Shown here: positions 13,001-24,989 of the stretch, one piece after another
Position numbering within the stretch: position 1 is the stretch's first letter
Layout of the letters: the number at the start of each line of letters is the position of its first letter
NCBI GenBank assembly: GCA_044892525.1
Contig: CM097885.1
Coordinates: 34,844,001-34,908,000 of the forward strand
Source: Schmidtea polychroa
Taxonomy: Eukaryota
Length of the DNA stretch: 64,000 nucleotides
Reading direction: 5' to 3'
The notes under the pieces: model-generated
Databases searched by the model: none
Seen by the model: the letters and a program-made list of their open reading frames with translations, nothing else
What the model was told of the DNA's origin: nothing
Made by a program: the position numbers and the translations under genes

Positions 13001-15173
13001 GATGTTTTCCCTATTTCTATTGGTTTTCTGCCGTTGCCTCTAATATTAATTTTTAAAATTAATTGACGTCAATTGCTGTTGAAATCTTGGTCTTTTGATT
13101 CCCAGCTGATATGAATATTATTACCGTTCATATCGAATCTTTGTCTGTAAAGATTTTGGTTCATGATTGAATTGTATATCATTTCTTCATTGAGATTCCC
13201 ATAATTGTCCTCTCTTAAAATTTCCTGCATCTGCGCAATGTATTGACGCCAAATCTCCTTCTATTGATAAAAGCGCTTTCACAAACCTTGATTTGAGTTA
13301 TTTCTATATCTGGGTTATCTCAAAAAATTTTCCAAATTGTCTTCTGGTTTAAATAATTCCGGAGGCTTAATGAACTGCGTCATTGGTCCTTGCGTGGCCG
13401 CTGTGTTAGAATTTGAACGAGTCATTTCGAATTCAACCCAAACAATATATTATTTAATAACATTACAAATTGTTGAAAAAATAATGTTTTAATATTTGAG
13501 CAATTCATTATAATTTATTCATTCATCAAACATTATAATTCTAAATTGGTAATTATAAATACACAAATTAAATATAATTAATAATTAAATATATAAATAC
13601 AATGTCATTTGAGAAAAAATCACTAGGACTAGATAAAAATTGAAAAAAGTTCTAATTATATATATTCTCCTTACAACGACCATGAATTTTCAGCTCTGAC
13701 CGAAATTAAATCAAAGAAACGACAAGGATATCAAATGGTTCCGAGTTTAGTTTTTTGATAATGAGCTTCGCCTAAACGTAATTTGTAAAATGAAACAATC
13801 TCAGGTTTCACAATGAAATATATTCTTTACTGATTTTTATCATTTTGTAGTTATATTTGCAAAATATTAATAAACTGATATTTCATTAATATGATTTACA
13901 ATAAATTTGTTGTTTTTAGTTATATCTAAGGAGGGATACCGATGACCAAAACATTTTTAGGATGACAGGCACGCGAAAAAGTTGTCCAACACTTCCTAAA
14001 TATCTTATGCAATACTATTTATTAAAGAGGTCTGTAGAAAATAAAAAAAGCACCTAAACCCCAAATTAAGAACAAAGAAATTTATTTTGAGATTTTTAAT
14101 AATTAAATTTGGAAAGTCAAATATGATTTGAAAATCAAATTTAAAACATTAACTGCACATTAAACATTGGTAAAGTTGTACTGGCACCACTGTACTTCAC
14201 ACAGTTTCAAAACCAAATGTACCACAGAGTTATATGTAACTCTAAAGGCGCCTAAACCTTTTAACTCGCGTAACATTCAACATGTTACACAACTTAATTT
14301 TCACAAATAATAATCAGAGACTGTAGAGTTAGGCTAACACTGCTCCTGCCTAGCTCGCAATATCGAAAGGGGTGCATAAACGATAATCATATTTTTTAAT
14401 AAATTTTCACATAATTTATTAAATGTTTTCATAAAACAACGATATAATGAAATATTTCGTTCACTGTGGTTTTTGGTTTAGGGTGGAAATGTCTCCATTT
14501 ACTCCCGCAGGTCATTTTGGATGGGCTCACCCTCTAATAGTGATAATAATTATATAGAATTGAATTAGGAATTTTCTTCATTTTTCAAAATTTAAACGAA
14601 TTGGTTAAAACCTATTCATTATTCATTAGATTCATTTGGGAAACACAAAAACGATCCTATTTCTCAGTATCGGAATATTGTTGTGCATATTGGGCGCTAT
14701 AATCTCAATGTTATTATATAGAAGAAGAATCAGGAAAGCGTGGATTACTGAAAAGTAGTATAAATATTTAATGTAACATTTAATAGGAATATTTTAGTAA
14801 ATACAAGTTTTCAATGAAAGAACTAGAAAGCAAATCCAATCCACGAGTAATTTCCAATGAATATGTCACCAAAAGTCGCGATGAATGCATCTACGAAACA
14901 GTAAAAGATGAAAGTACATACTCATATTTGCAGGAGAAAAATGATGAATATTTGATTCCCTCGAGACCCAATACTCCTGGATTTCCCAATTCTCCCGGAT
15001 TTCCCAATTCTCCTCAAAATAATGACGAATCAGACTATCTAGAAATGTCCAACAATTTTGAAGACAATCATACAATGACATCGAATAAATTTTATGAGAG
15101 AGAGGAATTACCTCCATTACCAACAAGAGAAATAAAGAGAAAATTAAGTTTATCGAAATTTTGTATGCCTTAA
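1029..15173 (+). CDS. Delta: Delta-like Notch ligand (DSL + 3 EGF + TM + Tyr-rich tail). Exons 1029-1150, 9182-9298, 9345-9679, 14630-14754, 14798-15173; N-terminal exons not identified
   Basis: The DSL domain QCDHNRYGEKCEIFCKPSNLYKCSPEGKKLCNE|GWRGDQC is split across an 8-kb intron. Three EGF repeats follow, then TM ILFLSIGILLCILGAIISMLLY with stop-transfer RRRIRK. All junctions are GT-AG and phase-compatible (introns 8031, 46, 4950 and 43 nt). Confidence 0.85.
2023..2514. mobile_element. Tc1/pogo-like MITE, old
   Basis: Imperfect TIRs CACCTAATCCTCGATTTACACG versus CGTGTAAATCAAGGGTG, with TA on both sides. Confidence 0.55.
3443..4230 (+). pseudogene. gag remnant with 3-4 CCHC zinc knuckles
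   Basis: CWTCHKVGHLSRYC, CFTCGR*GHVRSQC, CYACCTRGHVRRDC. Confidence 0.85.
4483..7395 (+). pseudogene. pol remnant: aspartic protease, RT, RNase H, integrase
   Basis: Protease LLDTGA; RT RLCLDFRQLN with the catalytic motif mutated to YLND; RNase H DTDANFDTIGAVLSQ and RTDHKAI; integrase VYIDICGP, IHTDCGKVFES, NGMIERQFRTI. Confidence 0.9.
7864..8897 (+). mobile_element. Internally deleted MULE/Mutator element with transposase C-terminal remnant (~8011-8310)
   Basis: Remnant reads LPRNNNEIENWHNAFNNVLGFAHPSVTKLARKL. Imperfect ~100-bp TIRs (GGACAAAATGGTA...AAGTCTATTTAAATAGAGTAATAA). 9-bp TSD CAATCAATG / CAATAAATG (8/9). Confidence 0.75.
8380..8558. mobile_element. Foldback MITE nested in the MULE
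   Basis: 61-bp inverted arms 8380-8440 and 8498-8558 with one mismatch. Confidence 0.8.
10089..10997. mobile_element. Non-autonomous DNA element (hAT-like ends) carrying subterminal minisatellites
   Basis: Ends AGGCTGTGCACAATA / TATTGTTGCGCAGCCT. A ~31-bp tandem unit lies at ~10120-10270 and a 33-bp unit CAATACAATACAATATATTGTTATTGTGGTCTA at ~10690-10930. Confidence 0.6.
11190..11800 (-). pseudogene. Ty3/gypsy RT relic
   Basis: MRICLDFRALNNLTERPIFPI and IKFVGHFINPDCIRTDDSKIEVL...LKSFLGLTNYYRKFV. Confidence 0.8.
12043..12290 (-). pseudogene. hAT transposase catalytic-region relic
   Basis: KFGLNLATDIVCSTTDGAIIM resembles the hAT (T/V)TDGAxxM motif. Confidence 0.6.
12582..12611 (+). mobile_element. 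Isolated Charlie/Buster-type hAT terminal sequence
   Basis: CAGAGTTTCCCAAAGTGTGGGTCGCGACCC; no partner end found. Confidence 0.55.
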
Positions 15174-16994
15174 TATAATCTGGTGCAATAATCTCTAAAA
15201 TACTAGAAACTATTGATTTTCGATTTCTTTCAAATATAAATAAGCATGTCTTATAATTTATTTTTAATTACATTTTATTCACTTCATTTTTTTCTAAATA
15301 AAATTCATTAGAAATATAAAAATTTATTTTTTAATATTTTACTGTTGAGTGAGATTTGTTTACCCTTCCAAAAAGCAAAATGTATATAGAAAAAGTAATT
15401 TGTCTCTTGTCGCTTATAAAATGGATTGTCCAATGAGATCAAAATTGAGATCGCTTATTGAATCACAAATTTTGTACTTTTAATAAATTTCTTTACTGTA
15501 ATACTAGATTTAACATACCATAAAATTTCAAATTTATTATTATTTATTCTATTAATTAATTCTTTTCTATCATGTAAATAAATTAATAAATAAATTATTT
15601 AATAGAAATTTAGATTTGTTTTATTAAATATGTATGAAATTTTTAAATCCAATCATATCAAGAAACATCTAATAACAGATTTTGTATAATAGACTATAGC
15701 TCAGTCATAATTATAATTATAATAAACGTGAAAATAATCGTAGTGATGACGGGGATCTTATAAAATCATAACTGATAGCCGACTTCTCATTGATTCTTAG
15801 ACTGAACTTCGGATGTGATTCGCCGGCATTCGAGTGACCCACTTTGAAATTCCTTTTTTCCCTTGTACTAATTAATTAGTACTGACCTTTGTTTCTGTTT
15901 TCTAGTCTTATTTCTTTTGTTTCATTCGTCTTCCTCGTTTCTCATTTCTTTTTACTTCCAATTTTATTTCGAGTTCCCATAGATCAACACATTTGTCATG
16001 ACGATCTTCCCCCATGTAATTTACTTATTTATTATACTATTTATCATTTAGGTATCCTCAACAATTTTGATCGACGAATGAGACTCACAATATTCTGAAT
16101 TTTTCATGTTTCAATTTCGTTTGGTGGAGTCCTTTACAACACGGTATACGTAACCGGAGTTAATTCGTCACGAAGGAGCGAAGGAATTAACTATTTGCAT
16201 GTTGGGTCAAGTTCAATAATTGTGAAGTTACTTGCATCGTTTATTGCCAGTTTTCTCGAAGTGTAACATCATAAAAATACCATATACACAGATAAAATAC
16301 AGAAATGTCAATTGAATAAAATATTTTCTGTTTGAGTGAATAAAATATTGTATGGTTAGATTGTTGTAGTATATTGAACTAGAATTTTGGATTTACCTTT
16401 AAAATAGGTTTTCATTTTCTGTTGTCTGCGTTGATATTAATTCAGTATGTTTGGCCCTGTCTTGTAATATCTAATTAAGACAAATGCCATCTTTGTCATC
16501 CAACATATGTTTAATATTCAACGAATTTAATATATTATCAAAGTCATTTAGTAAAGAGTACAATCTGAAAGAGCTGAATTCTTCGGTTTCGAGTACTTCA
16601 TAAGCAATATCATAATTAAATTAATAGTCTACTCCAACCTAGCATCGGGTAATCTTAAGCATAGGAACCCAAGTGAATATCAGTACACTGAGAAATGCTA
16701 ATCTTGTCTCTTAAGTTTCATTGGTGTGTACATGACATATGTCATTTAGTAATAGATGGCATACGGATAAAATAATTTATGCTGTTTTCGTGTAACAAAG
16801 CAACAATGATAACCTTAATAACGGATTTCGACCGAATATCAATACTAAATACAACCTTTTTAATATATGGTAAATTTGTCATATTTTGAGAATTAATGAT
16901 GATCTTATATCCTTATTTTTTATCAAAAATTGGAATTGTTTTCCTTCATTTTCATTTTATTCTTAAGAACACACATAAATTCTCATTTCATTAA

Positions 16995-17222
16995 CCCTTT
17001 GAGGGCGCCATGCGACTACAGTCGCACGACTTTATTTTGGTCTTGAGGGTGAAATTCGACTCTAGTCCACAAAATGCCAAAAACTTCTAGTTTGCACCAA
17101 TATATTCTACAGCTTGTAATAGTTGTCAAAAATTATACATCAATTTAGGAAAAATTCATTTTTTAAGCCAAAATTGCACCTTTGGGGGAATAAAAAATTT
17201 TGATCCCATCGCCCTCAAAGGG
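16995..17222. mobile_element. piggyBac-like MITE (228 bp)
   Basis: Perfect 13-bp TIR CCCTTTGAGGGCG / CGCCCTCAAAGGG, flanked by TTAA at 16991-16994 and 17223-17226. Confidence 0.9.
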
Positions 17223-17343
17223 TTAAGAATGACAAATTTTTTAAAAAAGATATAATAAAAATTTTGGATGTAATTTAATTAATTAAAATATAATTATTTG
17301 TTTGAAATTATTATATTAAATTTGCAAATATTTAAATAAATTA

Positions 17344-20300
17344 ATGTCAATTTATACATCAGATATAGTAAAGCCTGTTACGCAAGTTTTTAGTCAACAG
17401 CCAAAGCATTATTCTGTAATAAATATTGAAAATTCTAATTATGAATTATTGAATTTTGCTAATAATGGAAGTAAAGGATTGGGTAAGTTAAGTAAAAAAC
17501 CTGTGGCTTACGTATCTCCTATTGAAACTTTAAAACGAAAAGATCAAGCTATACAGACTGATTCAATCTCCATAGACATAAATTCGATAATTGACATACA
17601 TGATTTTCAAAGATCAGAAAGAATTATAGGCAAACTAGACATAATGAAAAATAATTACGAATGCAATGATTTAGAAACAGCACGAAAGAGAATTAAGGAT
17701 TTGGAGGATACTTTGAAGCAGCAATTAACAAATAATCAAGATATAAAGAAATTACTGATTGCGTCATTGGGCGAAGATTTGTCCGCACATTATTTTAAAT
17801 TAACAAGGTAAAAATTTTTATGAATATATGAATATTAATTATATTTATGTATTTAGCGATGTAGCAGGTTTTAATGAGAAAGTTCAAGAGTTAATATCTG
17901 AACAAATAGATTCCAATGAAAATATTGATAAATTGTCAATTGAAGCTGATTTGTGGAAAAATAAATTTTTCGCTGGCAGGTAATTTAATTTTATATTTTA
18001 TGAAACAATTAAATTAACATATACTTTAGTATAATACGATTTTTTTAATTTTCTTAATAAACTAAAATTAGTTTTTCGAGAAATGAATTAATTGCTTACG
18101 TCAGCAAGAAAGGGAATAACGAGAGTCTTTTGGAGCTATATATTAATATTTTATAGGAGATAACTAGAAGATATATGCAGATCAATTATAGTTTTATATC
18201 TATTGCAAATTAATAAGCCGTTAATTAATAAGAACGGGGATTTTGGTAAATATTATTAATTTAGAACCAGGAGACCAAAAAAGGGGGTCAAAAATTGATT
18301 ATTTATTTTTGTTAGAAAAATCAAAATTTTAGATAATAAATAGCCTTATTTGTAGGTTACGTTGGAATAATAAGCAGCAACAATCCTTTATTTCCCAGGT
18401 AAGGAAATTGGGGGAACGCAACTAATTAATTGATTTTTTAACAAATTTAATTACGTAACAGTATGATAATAGACATAGACTTGGTGCTGCTTTATATATT
18501 ATAAAACACCGCTCGAATATCACTTATACAATATTAATCAACGGACTCACTCGCAGAATCAGGTAGCAACGGGAAAAATATATCGATTTATTCGAAAAAT
18601 ATTATTAAAAAATCAAATAATAAATTTAATATTCAAATCATTTTGCACATTATTTAACCACTTATAATATCGCTATTAATTATTTTTCAAACAATAATTA
18701 TAAATAACAAATATAATAATAAATAATAAAGTAAAATAAATAATAATCATGAAAAAATAATATTAATAAAAATAGGTAATAATTATGAAAAAATATAAAA
18801 TAATATAATATATTAAATAATATATTAAAATTATAAGATAACGCCAATCAAACATTCTTTTCACGATATATTTTGACAGTTTTCATGTCATCATCAGATG
18901 GGATATAATAACTATATAAATTAAGGATTTTTAACAAATTTATTAATTTTATTCATTATATAAAATTTTTTTATTATTTAATAAAAACATTTCATTTTTT
19001 AAAAATCATAATTAAAATTATATATTATTTTTAAAATTTTTTTTTGATAACCTTTATAATTTAATTTAATAATTTAAATTTTTTTATTATTTAATTAACT
19101 TAACAAACAATAATGAATACATACAATATATAAAATATTATATAATAATAAATAACAAAAATAATATAAATAAAAATAGATAATAATTATGAAATAATAA
19201 TGACAATAATAATAATAGATAATATATTAAAAATAATAATAATAAATAATATATCAAAAATAGTAAAAATAAATAATAATGAAGTAAAATAAATAATAAT
19301 CATGAAGAAATAATATTAATAAAAATAAAAATAATAAAAATAAATAATAATGAATAACAAAAATAATAATGAAATAAAATAAATAATAATCATGAAAAAA
19401 TAATATTAATAAAAATAAAAATAGATAATAATTATGAAATAATAATGACAATAATAATAATAGATAATAATAAATAAAAAAAATAATATAAATAAAAATA
19501 GATAATAATTTTGAAATAATAATGGCAATAATAATAATAGATAATAATAAATAAAAAAAATAATATAAATAAAAATAGATAATAATTTTGAAATAATAAT
19601 GGCAATAATAATAATAGATAATATATCAAAAATAATAACAATAAATAATAATAAATAACACAAATAATAATGAAATAAAATAAATAATAATCATGAAAAA
19701 ATAATATTAATAAAAATAAAAATAGATAATAATTATGAAATAATAAATAAATAATAAATTCACTTGAAAAAGGCAGTGCCGAAAATTCGTGAGTATCAAC
19801 AAACATCGATATATTACTGATTTATTGTCTTCAAGCTCTCTTTTTAATCCAATAGATAATATATTAAAAATAATAAAAATAAATAATATTAATAAAAATA
19901 AAAAATANNNNNNNNNNNNNNNNNNNNNNNNNNNNNNNNNNNNNNNNNNNNNNNNNNNNNNNNNNNNNNNNNNNNNNNNNNNNNNNNNNNNNNNNNNNNN
20001 NNNNNNNNNNNNNNNNNNNNNNNNNNNNNNNNNNNNNNNNNNNNNNNNNNNNNNNNNNNNNNNNNNNNNNNNNNNNNNNNAATAAATAATAATCATGAAG
20101 AAATAATATTAATAAAAATAAAAATAATAAAAATAAATAATAATGAATAACACAAATAATAATGAAATAAAATAAATAATAATCATGAAAAAATAATATT
20201 AATAAAAATAAAAATANNNNNNNNNNNNNNNNNNNNNNNNNNNNNNNNNNNNNNNNNNNNNNNNNNNNNNNNNNNNNNNNNNNNNNNNNNNNNNNNNNNN

Positions 20301-21149
20301 NNNNNNNNNNNNNNNNNNNNNNNNNNNNNNNNNNNNNNNNNNNNNNNNNNNNNNNNNNNNNNNNNNNNNNNNNNNNNNNNNNNNNNNNNNNNNNNNNNNN
20401 NNNNNNAATAATTAAAATAAATAATAATAAAGTAAAATAAATAATAATGAAAAAAAATATAATAATCATCAATAATTTATTAATAAATATAATTTTTAAA
20501 GGATATTTTACCACGCATGTTACCACTCACCCATCTCCTTGGATATATATTACTTATTTAATGTCTAAGTCGTATGAATTCTTCGATGAGTTTTGTCAAT
20601 ATGTAATGATTATCAATAGGGTGTTGGTTGATGAATTAGCTGGCTGGAAGGAGCAATTCTCAATTAGATATAAAGAGTCACTTGATGCCATTCATAGCTT
20701 ATTGCAAGAACGTCAAATTCTAAGAAGATTGTTAGCTGTGCTTAGAAGCGAGTTGTTAGTGATTTTAGCTCATTTAAACTTCAACCCGACATCGAATTCT
20801 TTAACTGACACTCTTAATTTAACTCACACCAATATAAACCTATTGAAAACTATTAAAACATTGTTATGCAATGGAAGTGTTTGGAATAATCAAATAACTT
20901 ATGAAGATAAATTTTTAAAAGAATTCAAAGATTTTACTGAAGGAGAAGAGCTTGCTCTAGAGGTAAATATTAAAAAGATTTCTGTCGTTCCTATAATATG
21001 AGTTATAGGTAATACGTAACCAACCTAACCCGTATGCAGATAATACTGCAAGAATTACCACTTCTTTTTCATCTCAAAATTCTCGATGTTTGGAGAAAAT
21101 TGCCGACAGACTTTGCAAAAATTGTAAAGGGGATATTTTTATTATTTAA
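17344..21149 (+). CDS. BLZF1: Golgin-45 (BLZF1/JEM-1) ortholog. Exons 17344-17807, 17857-17979, 20620-20962, 21009-21149
   Basis: NQDIKKLLIASLGEDL, LSIEADLWKNKFFAG|RVLVDEL and C-terminal CKNCKGDIFII* match Golgin-45 motifs (LKKLLVASVGDDL, CDVWRSKFLASRVMADEL, C..C.GE). Junctions are GT-AG and in phase. Confidence 0.88.
18690..20470. repeat. Very AT-rich degenerate tandem repeat with assembly gaps (N at 19908-20080 and 20217-20406) in BLZF1 intron 2
   Basis: Recurring AAATAAATAATAATCATGAAAAAATAATATTAATAAAAATA and related units. Confidence 0.85.
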
Positions 21150-24100
21150 TGTGATATTTCTTTCTATTGGACACTTTGTTTCCGACTTAATCAAAATGGT
21201 ATTTGTTTTTTTCATTTAATGGTATTTGACAAAATATTGCAATTATTATTTATTTTTATGCATTTTCCTGTCACTGTTTTATGGATTATTTTAATGTACT
21301 TTTTTGAATATGATTTTCGCATTTTGTTTTTATTTCTTCAGATTACTTAATCATAATCATTATATAAGGAGTTGTAATGATAATCTCCATTTATATTTAG
21401 CGGGTTAAAAGGTTAAAGATAAATATAATAATTAAAAATTAATGGGGTGTCCAAGGAAAAGGTATTTTGATAATCCCAAATATTGCAGACGTAGTTTTGT
21501 TCTATCATGAAATCAATGAAAGGAAAACCAAAATAATGGAAACGAACCTGGGAAATACTAACAACATATGACAACCTAAAAAAAGAAGCAATTGAACAAT
21601 GTTAACATCAACAGGAATACATGAAAGAAGCGGATATTGAAAAATAACAAGAGAAATAGGTCAATTATGTTAAGAGGAAGAAGGGTAATCACCAGTGTAA
21701 AGAGGAGTATTAAAACAAAAAAGAGAGCTTGGTTGACATTATACTATAATATAAGATTAGATTATTGAAGGCAGAAATACAAATCTACGAACTGTGAAAC
21801 AATGACAGTGAAGGAATAAGTGATGCGAAAAAAATATAGCGCAAAAAGGTAAGGAATCTTTGTAAATAGTATTCACATATTGTATCATAAACGTATAGAG
21901 TAGAGATGGAATTGTAGCTCGAAGTATAGCTCGTTGTGATTGTATGTTCAATCGAAATCGAAATATCAAAATATCCAAACAATATAAGAAGAAAAAACCC
22001 CAAGCCAACTCTAATTGATCAAAGAAAAAAAAATGTTTGATCGGTTTTGGAACAAAAAGTAGAAGATAGTAGTTACTAAAAGAATACAGAAATCTAAAAA
22101 CCTCGTACTAAACTTGGTTACATGGCCTTACTACAATACGATACATAAAACTCAAATAAGGTTTAACACAAAATATTGCATGTTACAAATCCCGATAGGA
22201 TTAAATTTCCAAGTTAATATCTAAGCTTCCAAAATAATAACACAATGATCAATAGCATTAAATTTCACAAGGAAACATTAGGTAGAAAGTCGTGGAGTTT
22301 CGACACTCCGTAAATAGTAGGTAAATTATCAAGACGGGTTCGTTTTTTTGATAAATTATCGACTATAAGGACACTGATACGTACACCCATTTTAAATATT
22401 AGTTGGATAGGGTACATTTAACATCTTATACGTATAACACGACAAATAAACTTGATTTGCAGCACGCAATTTTTTAACTGTAAATAAAAAAGCAAAGATG
22501 CAAATAAAATAATTAGTAAACATGTATAAGCATGTATACTGATTGATTATAAAATTTCGACATTTCATTGTAAAATGAATATTTATTTGACATGGGTAGA
22601 TAGACGTGTGAACAAGAATCCTCGACTCTTACAAATTCTTTTTTGCAAGATTCCTAATTTTTTTAAATTGATGATTACATAATTTTTTATTTTAATCGAT
22701 AATTACATCATCAATTTTAATAATTTATAAGAACTTCTGACAGACAATATTAAACGTTTCAGTAAATAAAATAATTTTGTTCAGTAAAAAGATTGAAATG
22801 TTCGGTAAGAAAGATTGAAACGTTCAGTAAAAAAGATTTTAATGTAAAGCAAACAGTTTTTTGGTCAATATATCATCAGAAATTATAAAAATCTTCCCAT
22901 TTTCCATTGCATTGACTAACCGGATTTTGTCAAGTTCTGAAATTCTATAGAAATATTAATTTTTAAATTTAAGTAAATAAAATTTACGATTTTCTAGTTT
23001 TTTTCCCAACATCGGATGGCAAAGTTGAGATTTTAGGGCAATGTGAAATACTAAAAAACTATTAAATTTATTAAAAATTGAAGATAAATCTTACGAAATA
23101 ATGTCTTTATTATCTATACAACTCAAAGTTGAGTTTTCGGAATTTTCGTCAAAATTTTATCGGTCATTTTTTTCTAAAAATTTCTAAAAATGTCTGTAAA
23201 TGATTTATTATATTGCGTTTATTCATTACAACGATTCTACATATCGAAAATTTGCATGCATTTTTTACTATGTGTAGTGTTTGTGTGTGTCAGTTCATTT
23301 TTTCTACCACTTTCTCACTTTCTATATTAAATGCGTTTATTCATTGCAACTCTAAAAATCAACACACGTGTAAGTTTGTTTGTTTACATAATATACACGT
23401 ATTGATTTTATTTTTACATTATAGATGCGTTTATTCAGTGCAAACGGGTGTATTTACGTTAAACAAAACCTTTTGAATCAGTATCACACACACATTTCAA
23501 ACATTAAAAAATAGAAATTATTCATCAATACGTAAAAAGAATTTGTAATAATTAAAATATACTACTATACAAAAAAGATATTAAAAACTAAACATTTATT
23601 AAAAATTCATTAAATTACTAGAGAAATTGGTCACTATCTACTTTCCAAATTGAAGATGTCATTTTTGTAATCCATTTTATATTAGTGTGTTGAAATATTT
23701 TCAAATCATCTTTAGTTATCTTTATATTCAAAAGGCATCATGTTTAAGCAAATTTCGATTGTTGATTAATATATATTATATTCATTGCATCACAAATTCT
23801 TATTTATTTTCATTAAACCTCATTTACTGCAACAACATTCTCTTTAGTTATATGATCAATGATGCTTGAATATTGGAACTAGATCTGTTTGACTGCATTT
23901 GAGAACTGATATGGAATTTTATCTACCAAGAAATATATCTTATGGTTATAATACATTTATATTGTTTTCACAGTGTTGGACTATAACCTGAAAATTTAGA
24001 GTTTGTTTGAATAAGTCGGAAAATATATCAAGAAAACCGCACCAAGTCGAATCCAAATCCAGAAACTATCACCAAATAATATAAAGTAAAGTACACAACA

Positions 24101-24329
24101 TATTGGGGATACATAATCAATTATAGGTAAAATAACAAACGCAAGAAGTTACAATAACTGACATTCAAAAATACACATTAAAAAACTGCCAACTCGAAAA
24201 GAAAGGAATAAAAATAAATGAACGAATTAGTAAAATCGAAAATTAGAAAAGATTGCTAATCAATTGCATGTGTGACTCATGATATGTGAGCATGGCCTTT
24301 GTAACCCAGAATACAATGGTCTTTTACCG

Positions 24330-24470
24330 CTTGATATTCTTTCAATGATCAATGTTGGTATTGTATCAAGTAGGTGAGTACCAGCAAAAAGTGAGCGAAC
24401 CTATGTACACTATAATTGGAGGGTACTCGCATGAATTTGCGAACTGCCGATAGAAGACCTATGTCGACTT
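24330..24470 (+). ncRNA. Candidate structured RNA module, copy M1 (subfamily B, partly decayed)
   Basis: CTTGATAT...GTTGGTATT-GTATCAAG hairpin, GTGAGTACC/GGTACTCGC stem, GCCGATAGAAG. Confidence 0.5.
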
Positions 24471-24671
24471 TCGACTGGTCCCTATCATACTAACCACTTT
24501 TCTTGACGGTTCGGCTCTTATTGTCATCTTTCCCCTTAATTAATAATCTAATGAACTCCTAGAATATAAAACAAATTTTATTAATAAAACCACACGAACT
24601 AATACACAGATTATTACAGTTCAGTAGATATCAAAATTTTTCGGCTTATCTTTACCCGCGCCCATTCGGTT

Positions 24672-24989
24672 TTACCGAGGCCTTTCCTCTTCGATGCTGA
24701 CGACCACTGTTACTTCGGTAATGCTGCGCCACTCCCTAGTCAATATTCTGTTGATTGAGTTGTGTTTCCAATATACACCAATGAGCGCCTTTACTTCCGC
24801 TTGATCTTGAGCACTGTGAAGTTGCAGCTGTTGGATCAGCTACAGACGCTTTTGCATTTCGATGGGACTGAACTAGGTGCCTTCGAGTTCCCGACACCGT
24901 CCCTTGAATTTTTTCACTCGCAGCATTCACTCCTCTGTTTGCTTTTGTGCCTGCTCCCTGTCGGCTCGTAGGTTCTCCATTAATTGCAT
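24672..24989 (-). pseudogene. Distant, stop-riddled homolog of the LTR-borne antisense ORF
   Basis: MQLMENLRADREQAQKQTEE*MLRVKKFKGRCRELEGT*FSPIEMQKRL*... retains the LEGTWFSPxxM signature (W to stop). Acceptor TTTCTGTTTTTAG lies 2 nt before the ATG, and module M1 is ~200 bp downstream as in the other copies. Confidence 0.6.

Noticed and set aside
12700-13430. Possible gag-like relic (PELFKPEDNLEIF) upstream of the RT relic
   Set aside because: Too degraded to support a call without a profile search.
16090-16260. Minus-strand INDASNFTIIELDPTCK resembling Penelope RT (L.D..TY..L..DPT)
   Set aside because: One short motif amid stops; no other RT or GIY-YIG motifs recognised.
19254-20526. Ile/Phe/Tyr-rich ORFs in the ORF track
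   Set aside because: Translations of an AT-rich satellite and N gaps within a BLZF1 intron.
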